Source of the DNA: Armatimonadota bacterium
GTDB taxonomy: Bacteria; Armatimonadota; Chthonomonadetes; Chthonomonadales; CAJBBX01
Length of the DNA: 64,000 nt
Assembly: GCA_026392115.1 (NCBI GenBank)
Contig: JAPLCQ010000064.1
Span: 64,698 to 128,697, forward strand
Direction of reading: 5' to 3'
Under the pieces are notes generated by a model, which worked only from the letters and a program-made list of their open reading frames with translations, searched no databases and had not been told where the DNA came from. Shown here piece after piece: positions 43,201 through 51,460 of this stretch. The position numbers and the translations under genes are program-made. The stretch's first letter is position 1; each line of letters begins with the position of its first letter.

Positions 43201-43645
43201 CCTTCCGCACCGGGCCGCCGACGGTGATGCGACCGCCCACGGGCAGGGTGAATCGCCGGACCGAGGCGTTGGCCGTGCCGGGGTGGTGCCAGTCCTTCCC
43301 CACGCGGGTCCAGTCGGGTCCGCCCCAGTAGGTGCTGCCGTACCAGGTGTCGGACCGGTACTCCAGCGGCGCGTAGCGGCCGGCCGCATCGTCCTGCTTG
43401 CCGCCGAAGAGCCACTCCAGGCGCTCTCCCGGTGCGGGCCGCACCAGCACGGCCGTGCCCGAGGCCAGCGGCGTGAGGGCGCCTGCCGGCGCGGCGGTGA
43501 TCCGGCGAGCCATGGCCCCCTCGGGCAGCGACGCGAAGGGCACCTGTGGGCGTCCGAACGTGGCGCCCAGGGCGAGAAGGCACAGCAGGGCTGCGAGGGC
43601 GACGGATTGGGCCGCGCGGGCGCGGTGGAGGTGCATACGTGACAT
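40226..43645 (-). CDS. Giant secreted PD40/TolB-like beta-propeller protein with two C-terminal CXXCH motifs
   Basis: 1139 aa with a signal peptide (AQSVALAALLCLLALGATFG). The central region has PD40-like blades (LSYDGKRVVFSW, YLPDGGIVFSS, VGRDGQIVYARWDYIDR, TRPDGTA). The C-terminus carries CVGCH and CVSCH, the latter in a planctomycete-cytochrome-like context (VQPVLDRRCVSCHGP..LDL). Confidence 0.8.
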   Translation of the reverse strand: MSRMHLHRARAAQSVALAALLCLLALGATFGRPQVPFASLPEGAMARRITAAPAGALTPLASGTAVLVRPAPGERLEWLFGGKQDDAAGRYAPLEYRSDTWYGSTYWGGPDWTRVGKDWHHPGTANASVRRFTLPVGGRITVGGPVRKADLNGGDGIRAEIRLNARTVWSADIAYNDPTGVDPGLTLQVRQGDALRFVALKRGDIPCDTTYWDPVVTLPDGRRLRASAAFDAGKQGAQGWSYEMERADAAGPAGHALSGIRADSSPFVCRLPATERAALPSGALPVAVLADADDTGGVAVAMAEPGPVEAELTADGSVRLRAGSSTTVLAAYKGPSANGFRALDEALRDAACAAPMAGLRRSLRLACATMGVAAAPGSGSLELGLWWLVAADWLREDGLTASTEAPAQPRSFTMAARTHLEGAWRLMADLARSAAMPLATERAQWRSMAPLSLRPDLTEAQARSLYFRVRWLKRRVALANPLLPRTPILFNKRVPPSYSHLVMQYYGWRARAGGGVFLLDRPGFSLQCRDILGGRLAHGSVLEPRLSYDGKRVVFSWVDCRAAEPDPSALGVESPEERSYHVYEADLRGGLRQITRGPFDDLMPNYLPDGGIVFSSTRRGGYSRCFGAGFSKRTHVYTLHRVQPDGSGLRLLSMHDTNEWFPNVGRDGQIVYARWDYIDRDAVTHQNLWTTRPDGTAPANLWGNATPSPHCSFQAQPIPGTAKWVFTASAHHSMTAGSIVVLDPTKGENGHKALTRITPAVPFPEAEGNDIREYYCSPWPLSERAFLVAYSPYPLVWEPGANRPDALGIYLQDAHGNRELLYRDPEIGATTPIPLRPRPCPPAPASTLPKSAPDTGEVTLQDVYRGLPGIARGTVKQLRVVQIFPKTTNIADAPAVGLAGEENARAVLGVVPVEADGSARFTVPAMKPILFQALDADGAAVQTMRSLTYLQRGERISCVGCHEGRSEGGRTASGAVMAMRRPPSKLLAGPRDGRPYSYMASVQPVLDRRCVSCHGPDSGTLDLTGTPRGAFSASYWSLCGGRTFDGGATNLRNAAKALVPRFGARNQVQVTPPGGAYGARGSRLMRLLASGHHGVTLSGEERRALAEWIDLNALFYGVYSPEEQARQMRGETAAMPTLQ

Positions 43646-43700
43646 GCGGGTAGGTTCGCCGCGCCGGAGGGGATGACCTGCCGCCGGCGCGGCGCGAGGA

Positions 43701-45155
43701 TCAGGGGGCGGCCTCCTTGGGCAGCGTCAGGATGGTGCAACGCCCCGGCGAGGTCGGCACGACGAGGTCATGCCCGGCCACGCGGAGCTTCACCGGGCCG
43801 GGGACGGCGCCGAAATCGGTCCGCCGCACGAGGACGCGACCGCCCAGCCGCAGGCCGGACAGCACGGCTCCGGGCTTCTCGGGCACGTCGAAGGCCACCG
43901 GGCGGCCCTTCTCCAGGAACTCGCCGAACTCCAGCGCCTCGGCCCAGACGCCGTGGAGCAGCTCCACCTCCTTGGCCTGCTCGGTCTCCATGCACCAGAG
44001 GAAGAAGGTGGCGTGGCCGCGCAGGAGCATGTGCCAGAGCAGTTCGCGGTAGGCCCGCTCCGACATCTGCGGCTCGGGCGGCGTGCCGGGCTCGATGGTG
44101 TGCCAGTGGACGAACGTGATGATGGGCGCCGAGGCCGGGGTGTGCCGAGCGGCGTTGGAGCCGACCTTCAACATATTGTAGAACCAGCGGTAATCGCCCG
44201 GCTCGTGGTCGTACCAGCCCCAGGTGCGCGACCAGGGGTAGGCGACGGGCATGGCGAAGGTGTAGCCCGCCCGCTCGAACTCCGGCGCCCAGTGCCGGTA
44301 GCGGGCCCGCTGGTCGGCCAGCATGGGCCCGGGCTGCTCCGGCGGCTCGAAGTAGTCGTACCAGTACCGGAAGCCGTCGTTGGGGTAGACGCCGTAGTTC
44401 CCCACGAGGACGGCCGGGAAACGCTCCTTCAGCGGCTCGGCGTAGCACTCCCGCTGCAGGTCGGCGCGCATCTCACGGATGATCTTCTGATAAGCCAGGA
44501 AGTTATCCATCGCGGGCAGGTGTGATCGGCATCGGCTGCATCGCTTGGAGGCCGCCCAGGCGCCGTTCCACTCGATGGGACCGTCGATCTCCCAGTCGGC
44601 GAAGCAGAAGCCCACCGGCGCCCCCGCCCGCCGGTAGGCCTCGGCGAAGGCCTCCACGCGGCGGCGGATCGGCTCCTTGCGCCCCTCCAGGCCGAAGGGG
44701 CAGCCCATGTCCGGCTTGCCCGCGAAGGAGCCGTCCCAGAAGCGCTCCCCTGCCGCGTCGATATGGGCCGTCTCCGGGCTGCCGTCGAAGAAGGAGGAGA
44801 GGCAGGCCGTGGCATCCACCGCCACCGGCTGGCCGATCTTCCTCTGCGCCCGGGCGACGGGTAGCGCGGCTGCCAGCGAAGCCTCCATGTGAGCGGGATC
44901 CCACCGGCAGACCAGACCCACCCCGCGCCGGTCCAGCTCGCGCACCAGCTCCTCGGCGCGGGCGTCGGTGAGCGTTCCGGGGTTCATGGCGGGCCACAGG
45001 TAGAGGGGCAGCCGCTTGCCCCGGGCGTGCTTCAGCGGCTGCGCGTTCTTGAGGACCACCTGGATCGAGGCGGGCCACTCCATGGGCTTGGTCTCCTTGG
45101 CGGCAGGCGCCCGCGGCAAGGCAAGCGCCAGCGCGGCGCAGAGGACGGCGGTCAC
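43701..45155 (-). CDS. Secreted hypothetical protein
   Basis: This is the C-terminal 484 codons of track ORF 43701..45509. The GTG at 45155 overlaps the upstream stop (GTGA). The short signal peptide is (M)TAVLCAALALALPRAPAAKE. I did not recognise any family. Confidence 0.6.
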   Translation of the reverse strand: MTAVLCAALALALPRAPAAKETKPMEWPASIQVVLKNAQPLKHARGKRLPLYLWPAMNPGTLTDARAEELVRELDRRGVGLVCRWDPAHMEASLAAALPVARAQRKIGQPVAVDATACLSSFFDGSPETAHIDAAGERFWDGSFAGKPDMGCPFGLEGRKEPIRRRVEAFAEAYRRAGAPVGFCFADWEIDGPIEWNGAWAASKRCSRCRSHLPAMDNFLAYQKIIREMRADLQRECYAEPLKERFPAVLVGNYGVYPNDGFRYWYDYFEPPEQPGPMLADQRARYRHWAPEFERAGYTFAMPVAYPWSRTWGWYDHEPGDYRWFYNMLKVGSNAARHTPASAPIITFVHWHTIEPGTPPEPQMSERAYRELLWHMLLRGHATFFLWCMETEQAKEVELLHGVWAEALEFGEFLEKGRPVAFDVPEKPGAVLSGLRLGGRVLVRRTDFGAVPGPVKLRVAGHDLVVPTSPGRCTILTLPKEAAP

Positions 45156-46609
45156 GGCTCGAGGTCGCGGCTGCCGGCGTAGACGTGGACGTCCCACCCG
45201 CGTACGCCGTCCCGGAACGCGCCGGAGCGGACCGTCACGCTCTCGCTCGTGCCCAACCGGTAGAGCGTCTTCCCCTCCAATGCCGCCGGCAGGCCCGAGA
45301 CCGTGAAGGCGCGGCCCGTCCCCCGCTCGTTGGCCACGATCAAGAGCGTCCTGCCGCCCGCCTGGCGCAGCGTCGAGACCAGGCCCGCGCCGTCGTGCGA
45401 ACTGGGGTTCTCTTCCAGGGTAAACTTCGGGCCGGGCGCGGCGGCGGGCGCCACGAGCAGCGGCTCCAGCGCGCGGAGTTCGCGGGCGATGCGGAGCAGG
45501 TCGCGCCACAGGGCCGTGTTGAGGTCTTTGGTCCCGTCCTCCTTATTGTCGAATGCATAGGCCGTGCCCCACCACATGAGCGCGTCGGCGCCGTGCAGGA
45601 GCGCGTCATAGGCCATGAAGCGCGTCTCCTGCCAGGTCGGACGACGTCCGATGCGGTCGTCCTTGACCTTTTCGGGCGCGGGATTGATGTCGATCCAGCC
45701 GAAGCCCTGCAGCACCATGAAGCAGAGCTTGCCGGGCGCGCTGGCCCGCATGCGGTCGGTGTAGGCCCCGACGGAGGCGGCAGTGGTATCCAGCAGGTCG
45801 CTGTGCCCGTTCACCATGTTGAACGGGATGGGGTAGATGTCGCAGCCCACGGCGTCGGCTGCCTTGCCGAACAGCTTCAGCGAGCGCATGGAGTTCCGCG
45901 GCGCGTGGTTGAACCAGACGGGGTGCGCCGGATCGAGGATCCGGACCGCGGCGGACCCAGTCGCCATACCGGCCGCCAGCGCGTCGGATACCTTGAAGGC
46001 CGTGTCCGTGCGCACGCCGGGCGCCGGATCCGGCTGTCCGATGGCCGCCCAGAATGCCTGTCGCTCCGCCTGCGCCTTGTCTGTCAGGCCGCGGCTCTCC
46101 AGGTCGGCCAGGCGGCTGATGCGGGCCTTCCAGGGCGCGGGATCGGCCTGTGCGTCCGCGGCTCGATGCATAGCCGGGTAGACGGTCTCCTCAAGCGTGC
46201 CCGCGGGACCATAGCTGCAGTTCCAGAGCGCCTCGTCTGGCGCCTCCCAGATGAGCAGGGCGGGGTGGGCTTTGAGCGTGTTCACCGTGGCCTGCAGGCG
46301 GTTGCGGCGAGTGGCTGCATCGGTGCTCAGGTCGAGGTCGCCTCCGAGGTTCACCCAGGCCTTGGCCCCTGCGGCGGCTACGCGGTCCAACGCGTCGGGC
46401 TTGGCGGCGCACTGGATCAGGTTGAACCCGGCGTCCACGGCCTCTTTGAGCCGGGCGTCGTCGGTGGGGTTCTCGTACAGGCCCAGCACGAGGGCGGGCT
46501 TGCCGTTCACGTGGAGCATGGGCTTGGCCTTCCTTTCCGGGGCGGCGACGGCAAGGCATGCGGCGCAGAGCAGGGCGGCGAAGGCCGCAACAGTCAGCCA
46601 TCTGGGCAT
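45152..46609 (-). CDS. Secreted hypothetical protein, possibly glycoside-hydrolase-like
   Basis: The start is the ATG at 46609 (GGAGG upstream). The signal peptide is MPRWLTVAAFAALLCAACLAVAAP. Loose TIM-barrel-like features are present (LLIWEAPDEALWN, VWFNHAPRN, CDIYPIP). The family assignment is uncertain. Confidence 0.55.
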   Translation of the reverse strand: MPRWLTVAAFAALLCAACLAVAAPERKAKPMLHVNGKPALVLGLYENPTDDARLKEAVDAGFNLIQCAAKPDALDRVAAAGAKAWVNLGGDLDLSTDAATRRNRLQATVNTLKAHPALLIWEAPDEALWNCSYGPAGTLEETVYPAMHRAADAQADPAPWKARISRLADLESRGLTDKAQAERQAFWAAIGQPDPAPGVRTDTAFKVSDALAAGMATGSAAVRILDPAHPVWFNHAPRNSMRSLKLFGKAADAVGCDIYPIPFNMVNGHSDLLDTTAASVGAYTDRMRASAPGKLCFMVLQGFGWIDINPAPEKVKDDRIGRRPTWQETRFMAYDALLHGADALMWWGTAYAFDNKEDGTKDLNTALWRDLLRIARELRALEPLLVAPAAAPGPKFTLEENPSSHDGAGLVSTLRQAGGRTLLIVANERGTGRAFTVSGLPAALEGKTLYRLGTSESVTVRSGAFRDGVRGWDVHVYAGSRDLEP

Positions 46610-46682
46610 CGGGTGCCTCCTTGATGTGGCATAGTGAAGCCGGAGTGGTGATACCGCGCGGCCTGGACCGATTCCTGCAAGG

Positions 46683-46720
46683 GCCCGACTCGGCCGACAC
46701 GTCCGACAAGTCCGACCAGA
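46683..46720. repeat. 9-bp-period array (CCGAC every 9 bp, 4 units)
   Basis: CCGAC occurs at 46685, 46694, 46703 and 46712. The array lies in the divergent spacer between the 46609 minus-strand operon start and the NUDIX gene. Confidence 0.8.
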
Positions 46721-46752
46721 CGCTCCGCGCACCGCAATGAGGAGGTCTTTCC

Positions 46753-47226
46753 ATGGTTGAGCGCTTCTACTACGGCGATCCCGACGCTCCGGCGCCCAAC
46801 GTGCCGATCCTGCCCGGCGCGGCGGCTGTGATGTTCGACGCCGATCGGCGCATCCTCGTGCTCAAGCGGACGCGGGGGCCCTACTGGTCGCTGCCCGGCG
46901 GGCGCATGGACCTGGGTGAGAGCGCGCAGGGCTGCTGCGTGCGCGAGGCGCTGGAGGAGACGGGCCTGGCGGTGGTGGTGACGCGCCTGATCGGCCTGTA
47001 TACGGACCCTGGCAGCATCTGCGCCTATCCCGACGGCAACGTGCACCAGAGCTACGTGGTCGGCTTCGAGTGTGAGGTGGTGGGCGGCACGCTGACCACC
47101 GGGCCGGAGTCGCAGCGCTTCCGCTGGATCGGGCGGGAGGAGTTGGACGCGCTACTCCTCCTGCCCGACAACGTGCTCATGTGCCGCGACGCCTGGCTCG
47201 GCCGGCCCGAGGCGGCCATCCGTTAG
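46753..47226 (+). CDS. NUDIX hydrolase
   Basis: 157 aa, GGAGG 7 nt upstream. The Nudix box is GGRMDLGESAQGCCVREALEETG. Confidence 0.85.
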   Translation: MVERFYYGDPDAPAPNVPILPGAAAVMFDADRRILVLKRTRGPYWSLPGGRMDLGESAQGCCVREALEETGLAVVVTRLIGLYTDPGSICAYPDGNVHQSYVVGFECEVVGGTLTTGPESQRFRWIGREELDALLLLPDNVLMCRDAWLGRPEAAIR

Positions 47227-47249
47227 GTGTTTCTCGCGAAACAATGGGC

Positions 47250-50200
47250 CTACATGCCGCGGATGGCGCCACCGCCGGGCTGGACCCGCCTCCGTTCCTC
47301 GGGCTTGAACCAAGCCGCGTCCCAGTAGCGCCGTTCTGCGGCGTACATATCGATGGCCGCTGTTGGGTCCAGTGTCGCGGGCAGCACGCCGTACCGCTGC
47401 ATCTCGCGTATCCAGCCGGGGTGCGGACGGAAGCCAGGCATATCGAACCGCTTGATCTCCGCCAGTCGCGCCCCGGCGGCGGCGACGGCGTCCAGCATGA
47501 GCAGATAGTCCGCATCGTTCGTATCCGCGAAGACCTCGCCGCATCGGCCCCAGCCGCCCGCGGCCTTGCCCAGCGGCGCCAGCAGCAGGGGCGACAGAGC
47601 CGGGCGGGTCAGGTTGTACAGCAGGTGGTTCGCGTAGGTGCGGCGCGGGTCGTCGGGCGACATGTCGATCCACGGTTGCAGGCCCTGGTCGTCCGACACG
47701 CTGCCGGGAAGCGCACGCGGGCCCGTGTGGCAGCCGCCGCAGCGCCGCTGCTGCGCTGCCATGGCCCTCTGCGTCTGCGGCCACTGCAGATCGCGCCGGT
47801 CAAGCTGATTCACCACGTACCCGCCGACCATCCCGGCGCCCAGGGCGGCGTAGGTGCCTGGGTAGGGCGCGCCGCAGTCGATCCAGAGCCGAACCATGAG
47901 CCGCTCGCGCTCGTTGAGGGCCGCACCGTGGTGCGTGCCGTCCACCTTGGCCATGAGGGCGCTGGCCACGCTGCCCAGCGTGCGCGGCGCGTAGTTGGAG
48001 ACGGGCCGGTTGCGGCCGTCGGAGACCTGGCTCCGGGCGAAGAGCGCGAAGTAGCTCTGCGAGTAGAGCGGGCCCCGGTCTCCCTCGAGCACGATCCGCC
48101 CCGCGCGCCGCTGGAAGCTGTGGCAGCCCACGCAGTGGCGGTCCCAGATAGGCTGGATGTCACGCGGGTAGTCGTAGACGTCCGGCACGCCCCCGATGGG
48201 GGCGATCTTCGCCGGCGGAAGCGACATGGCCGCGGGACGCTGCGTCGGCGCCAGGGATCGCCGCTCATGGCAGCCCACGCATCCCTGCGTCTCGCCGGGC
48301 GCCAGACTGGCGAAGCTCTGCATCCGCTTCACGGGCGAGCCCTGCTTATCCAGCGCGATGAAGAAGAGGCTCCGCAGAGCGGGCGCCTCGAAGAAGGCCG
48401 AGCCGTCCGAGGCTACGGGCACCGTGCCCAGGATGCGCTCCAGCGTGAAGGTGCCGCCGTAGGAGAGGGGCTCCATGCCGCCGGTGAAGTTCACGGGCTT
48501 CGGCAGCGACTCCATCACCATGAGCGACGCGATCTCCCCGCGCCGCACGCCCGTCATCTTGCGCCCAGCGTATACGTCGGAGAGCATGAACTTCCCAGTG
48601 GCCTCGGCGGAGGCCAGCCGGTGCGTGGTGACGGTGAACTCCCTGGGCCGGGCGACCAGCGGGCGCGGCTCATGGCACTGGTACCCCGCGCCCGACTCGG
48701 CCGGGGGCAGCCGGTAGAGCTGCTGCACGCCGCCTCGGCCGTTGCCGACGACCAGCGTGTCGCCCGACGCGGCCAGGATGCACTCCTCGGTGAACGCCCA
48801 GGGGTCGCGGAACCGCTGGCCCGGCGCCACGCGGCGGGAGCTGACCGGATCGTCGGGACCGCCGTTGGGGCTCACGATGCGTATCTCGCCGTCGTGCTCC
48901 ATCTGCCCGTGCCCCGGCGAGTAGATGCAGACGACCTTGTCGGTTCCGGGGACGGGCTTGGCGTCGATCATCACGACGCCGGGCATCTGGTTGCCGTAGT
49001 AGACCGTGTGGCCCGTGCCGTCGGGGTTGACCGACCAGAGATGGTGGTAGTGGACCTGGCTCCGGTCGATGTACTCCCAGCGGGTGTAGAGCAGGCGGCC
49101 GTCGGGCATGGGCCAGGGCGTGTTGTCGTGCTCGATGTTGGCGGAGATGGGCCGGATGCCCTGCCCGTCGTCGTCGCACCGGTAGAGGGTCGCCACCGGC
49201 GTCCGCCAGCAGTTCACCCAGCGCCGGCTGCGGCTGCTGATGAAGGCGATGCCGCCGTCCGGCAGGTAGGAGGGCTCGAAGTCGTCGAACGGACCCTCGG
49301 TGATCTGCCGCAGGCCGGAGCCGTCCGGCGCGATCTCGTACAGGTGGTAGTGCTCCGTGCCGCCCGGCCTATAGGAGAAGAGGATGCGGCTGCCGTCGTA
49401 GCTCACCTGCGGGTCGCGGATGCCACCCCGCTCGGTGGTCAGGATCGGTCGCGTCTTGCCCGTCCGCACGTCCAGGCGGAGCAGGCGCGCGCCCTCGTTG
49501 TACATGCGCTGGTTAGGGTCATTAGCATCGTAAGCAAAGTTGGCATACCAGTGCCCGTCGTTGCCCATCTTGCGCGCCACGAAGACAACCTCGCGTACGC
49601 CCGCCATGGGCCCCGCAAGCGCCTCCTGAACGATGTCTGGCGTCGCCGCGACGGGAGCGTTGGGCTTGTCGGAGAGCTCGATGAAGTCGTAGACCATCCA
49701 GCTGCCCTGGTCCAGTGTGATCTCGATCTGGTTGGCGCCGGCCCGTATCGCGCCCTCGGGCAGCGGGACGGTCAGCACGCCGCCCTCGCCCATCTGCATC
49801 GGGTCGAAGGCCATGCTCACGTCCTGCGCCGTGTCGGGCAGCCGCCGCTGGAGCGCCTGCGCGCCGTTGACGGCCAGGGTGATGCGGCTGGGCTCCCAAG
49901 CCGAGAGCCAGCCGATATGGAGCCACCTGCGGCCCGCCGCGGAGGGCGAGTCGAAGCGGATGGCGAAGGTATGCGGCGAGCCGCCGGCCCAACCATCCTT
50001 CGTGCTGGGGTGGATGAAGGGCCAGTCACGCGCCGTGGAGCGGCCCACGGTGTAGACCACCGGACCCGCGAAGCGTTGCGGGAAGACGGTGTAGTCTCGG
50101 TCGGCGCATCCGAACTCGGACGCCAGATGGTCGGGTGAGCCGATGCGGAAGAGCGCGGCCTCGGTGCGCGGCGCCTGGGCGGCCTGGGTGCGGGCCGCGG

Positions 50201-50330
50201 CGACCCGCACGGGGCGTACCGCGGCGGCGGTTGCGGCGCCCGGGTTCCGCGGCCGCGTCGGCGATGCCGCCGAGAAGCCCAGCAGCGCCGTCAGCGCCGT
50301 GAGCATGATCACGAGGGGTCCGTTTCGCAT
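47250..50330 (-). CDS. Giant secreted PD40/TolB-like beta-propeller protein with three C-terminal CXXCH motifs (paralog of 40226..43645)
   Basis: 1026 aa with a signal peptide (MRNGPLVIMLTALTALLGFSAAS). The N-domain is FRIGSPDHLASEFG...WMVYDFIELSD, a layout I associate with lyase/CBM-like modules. The PD40 blades match the paralog (VSYDGSRILFSY, YLPDGGIAFISS, MPDGRLLYTRWEYIDR, VNPDGTG). CVGCH, CVGCH and CGGCH are present. Confidence 0.8.
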   Translation of the reverse strand: MRNGPLVIMLTALTALLGFSAASPTRPRNPGAATAAAVRPVRVAAARTQAAQAPRTEAALFRIGSPDHLASEFGCADRDYTVFPQRFAGPVVYTVGRSTARDWPFIHPSTKDGWAGGSPHTFAIRFDSPSAAGRRWLHIGWLSAWEPSRITLAVNGAQALQRRLPDTAQDVSMAFDPMQMGEGGVLTVPLPEGAIRAGANQIEITLDQGSWMVYDFIELSDKPNAPVAATPDIVQEALAGPMAGVREVVFVARKMGNDGHWYANFAYDANDPNQRMYNEGARLLRLDVRTGKTRPILTTERGGIRDPQVSYDGSRILFSYRPGGTEHYHLYEIAPDGSGLRQITEGPFDDFEPSYLPDGGIAFISSRSRRWVNCWRTPVATLYRCDDDGQGIRPISANIEHDNTPWPMPDGRLLYTRWEYIDRSQVHYHHLWSVNPDGTGHTVYYGNQMPGVVMIDAKPVPGTDKVVCIYSPGHGQMEHDGEIRIVSPNGGPDDPVSSRRVAPGQRFRDPWAFTEECILAASGDTLVVGNGRGGVQQLYRLPPAESGAGYQCHEPRPLVARPREFTVTTHRLASAEATGKFMLSDVYAGRKMTGVRRGEIASLMVMESLPKPVNFTGGMEPLSYGGTFTLERILGTVPVASDGSAFFEAPALRSLFFIALDKQGSPVKRMQSFASLAPGETQGCVGCHERRSLAPTQRPAAMSLPPAKIAPIGGVPDVYDYPRDIQPIWDRHCVGCHSFQRRAGRIVLEGDRGPLYSQSYFALFARSQVSDGRNRPVSNYAPRTLGSVASALMAKVDGTHHGAALNERERLMVRLWIDCGAPYPGTYAALGAGMVGGYVVNQLDRRDLQWPQTQRAMAAQQRRCGGCHTGPRALPGSVSDDQGLQPWIDMSPDDPRRTYANHLLYNLTRPALSPLLLAPLGKAAGGWGRCGEVFADTNDADYLLMLDAVAAAGARLAEIKRFDMPGFRPHPGWIREMQRYGVLPATLDPTAAIDMYAAERRYWDAAWFKPEERRRVQPGGGAIRGM

Positions 50331-50434
50331 GGCATCTCCCGCTCTCGAGCCCGCATCAGGCGAGCATCAAGAGTATTGTACTAGCGGCGCCTGTGCGCCG
50401 GGAGCCGACAGCCTTGCTGCCCGGAGGTGGCGGG

Positions 50435-50965
50435 ATGCATATCGATGTGCGGATGATGGAGAAGGGCGACGCCGAGCCCCTGAGCGCGGCGTTTGAGGCC
50501 GTGGGCTGGCACAAGCCGGTGGAACTCTTCGAGCGCTACGTGGCCCAGCAGGCCGATGGGAAGCGGTCCGCGCTGCTGGCCCTGGCCGACGGCGAGCCCG
50601 CGGGGTACCTCACGGTGAGCTGGCGCCCCCGGTACCGCCCGCTCCACGCCGCGGGAACCCCGGAGATACAGGACTTCAACGTGTTGCCACACTACCGGCG
50701 CCGGGGGATCGGCACGCTGCTCATGGACATCGCCGAAGGGCTGGCGCGGGAGCGCTCGCCCGCGGTCGGCATCGGCGTGGGCCTCTACGCCGACTACGGC
50801 GCGGCGCAGATCCTCTATGTGAAGCGCGGCTACGTGCCCGACGGCCACGGCGTCAGCGCGTGCGACGCGCCTGTGCAGCCCGGCCACAGCGTCTGCGTGG
50901 ACGACGACCTCGTCCTCCATTTCGTCAAGAATCTGAGCAAGCCGAAGTGCGGCGAGCCGGGCTGA
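50435..50965 (+). CDS. GNAT-family N-acetyltransferase
   Basis: The start is the ATG at 50435 (GGAGGTGG upstream). The acetyl-CoA loop is VLPHYRRRGIGTLLM. 176 aa. Confidence 0.8.
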   Translation: MHIDVRMMEKGDAEPLSAAFEAVGWHKPVELFERYVAQQADGKRSALLALADGEPAGYLTVSWRPRYRPLHAAGTPEIQDFNVLPHYRRRGIGTLLMDIAEGLARERSPAVGIGVGLYADYGAAQILYVKRGYVPDGHGVSACDAPVQPGHSVCVDDDLVLHFVKNLSKPKCGEPG

Positions 50966-51043
50966 TCCGGTCGATTTCGCTGGATCGCGCCGCCGGGCCA
51001 ACCGATCGGCTGATTCGTGCTACTCACACGGTGAGGGCAGTTC

Positions 51044-51135
51044 ATGCAGCATGACGACAAGCGGCTACTGGCGCGGTTCACGGCAGGGGAGCGCGACGCC
51101 TACGACGAGGTCTTCCGGCTCTACGGGGGCCGCGC
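51044..51135 (+). pseudogene. N-terminal fragment of an ECF-type sigma-70 factor
   Basis: MQHDDKRLLARFTAGERDAYDEVFRLYGGR matches the region just before sigma region 2. Protein-like sequence stops after about 30 codons, and the strand is then occupied by antisense ORFs. Confidence 0.45.
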
Positions 51136-51404
51136 AGGCGGTCGTTCAGCGTGGCATAGGGCGCCCACCTGCGCTTCGTCTGGACGCGCAACCCGGGAAC
51201 GTGCTGCACCTCGACCACGCCGTTCGGCAGGTTGACCTTCTTGTCGTCGACGCTGACGGTGAGCCGGGCGCCGATCGTACCATCCTTGTAGACGGCGCGC
51301 CACCCAGGCGCCTTCCCGTCCTGCCACACCACGCCGTAGCCGTCCCACCAGTGCGTGGCTCCAGCCGCCTGCGCCGCCTGCTGCTCGCGCGTCAGGCTCC
51401 CCAT
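51078..51404 (-). CDS. Small hypothetical ORF (possibly a truncated or fused remnant)
   Basis: MGSLTREQQAAQAAGATHWWDGYGVVWQDGKAPGWRAVYKDGTIGARLTVSVDDKKVNLPNGVVEVQHVPGL looks protein-like. The Arg-rich tail (RPRRRRRAPLP) is antisense to the sigma fragment and is probably not native. Confidence 0.3.
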   Translation of the reverse strand: MGSLTREQQAAQAAGATHWWDGYGVVWQDGKAPGWRAVYKDGTIGARLTVSVDDKKVNLPNGVVEVQHVPGLRVQTKRRWAPYATLNDRLRGPRRAGRPRRRRRAPLP

Positions 51405-51460
51405 CCCTGCCAGCGCGTGCGGGCTCGACTGCTCTCCCACGTAGACGACAGGCCGGCGGC

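Noticed and set aside
47181-50138. 985-aa plus-strand ORF
   Set aside because: It is antisense shadow of the PD40-propeller gene 47250..50330. It has no motifs and an Arg/Gly/Val-rich composition.
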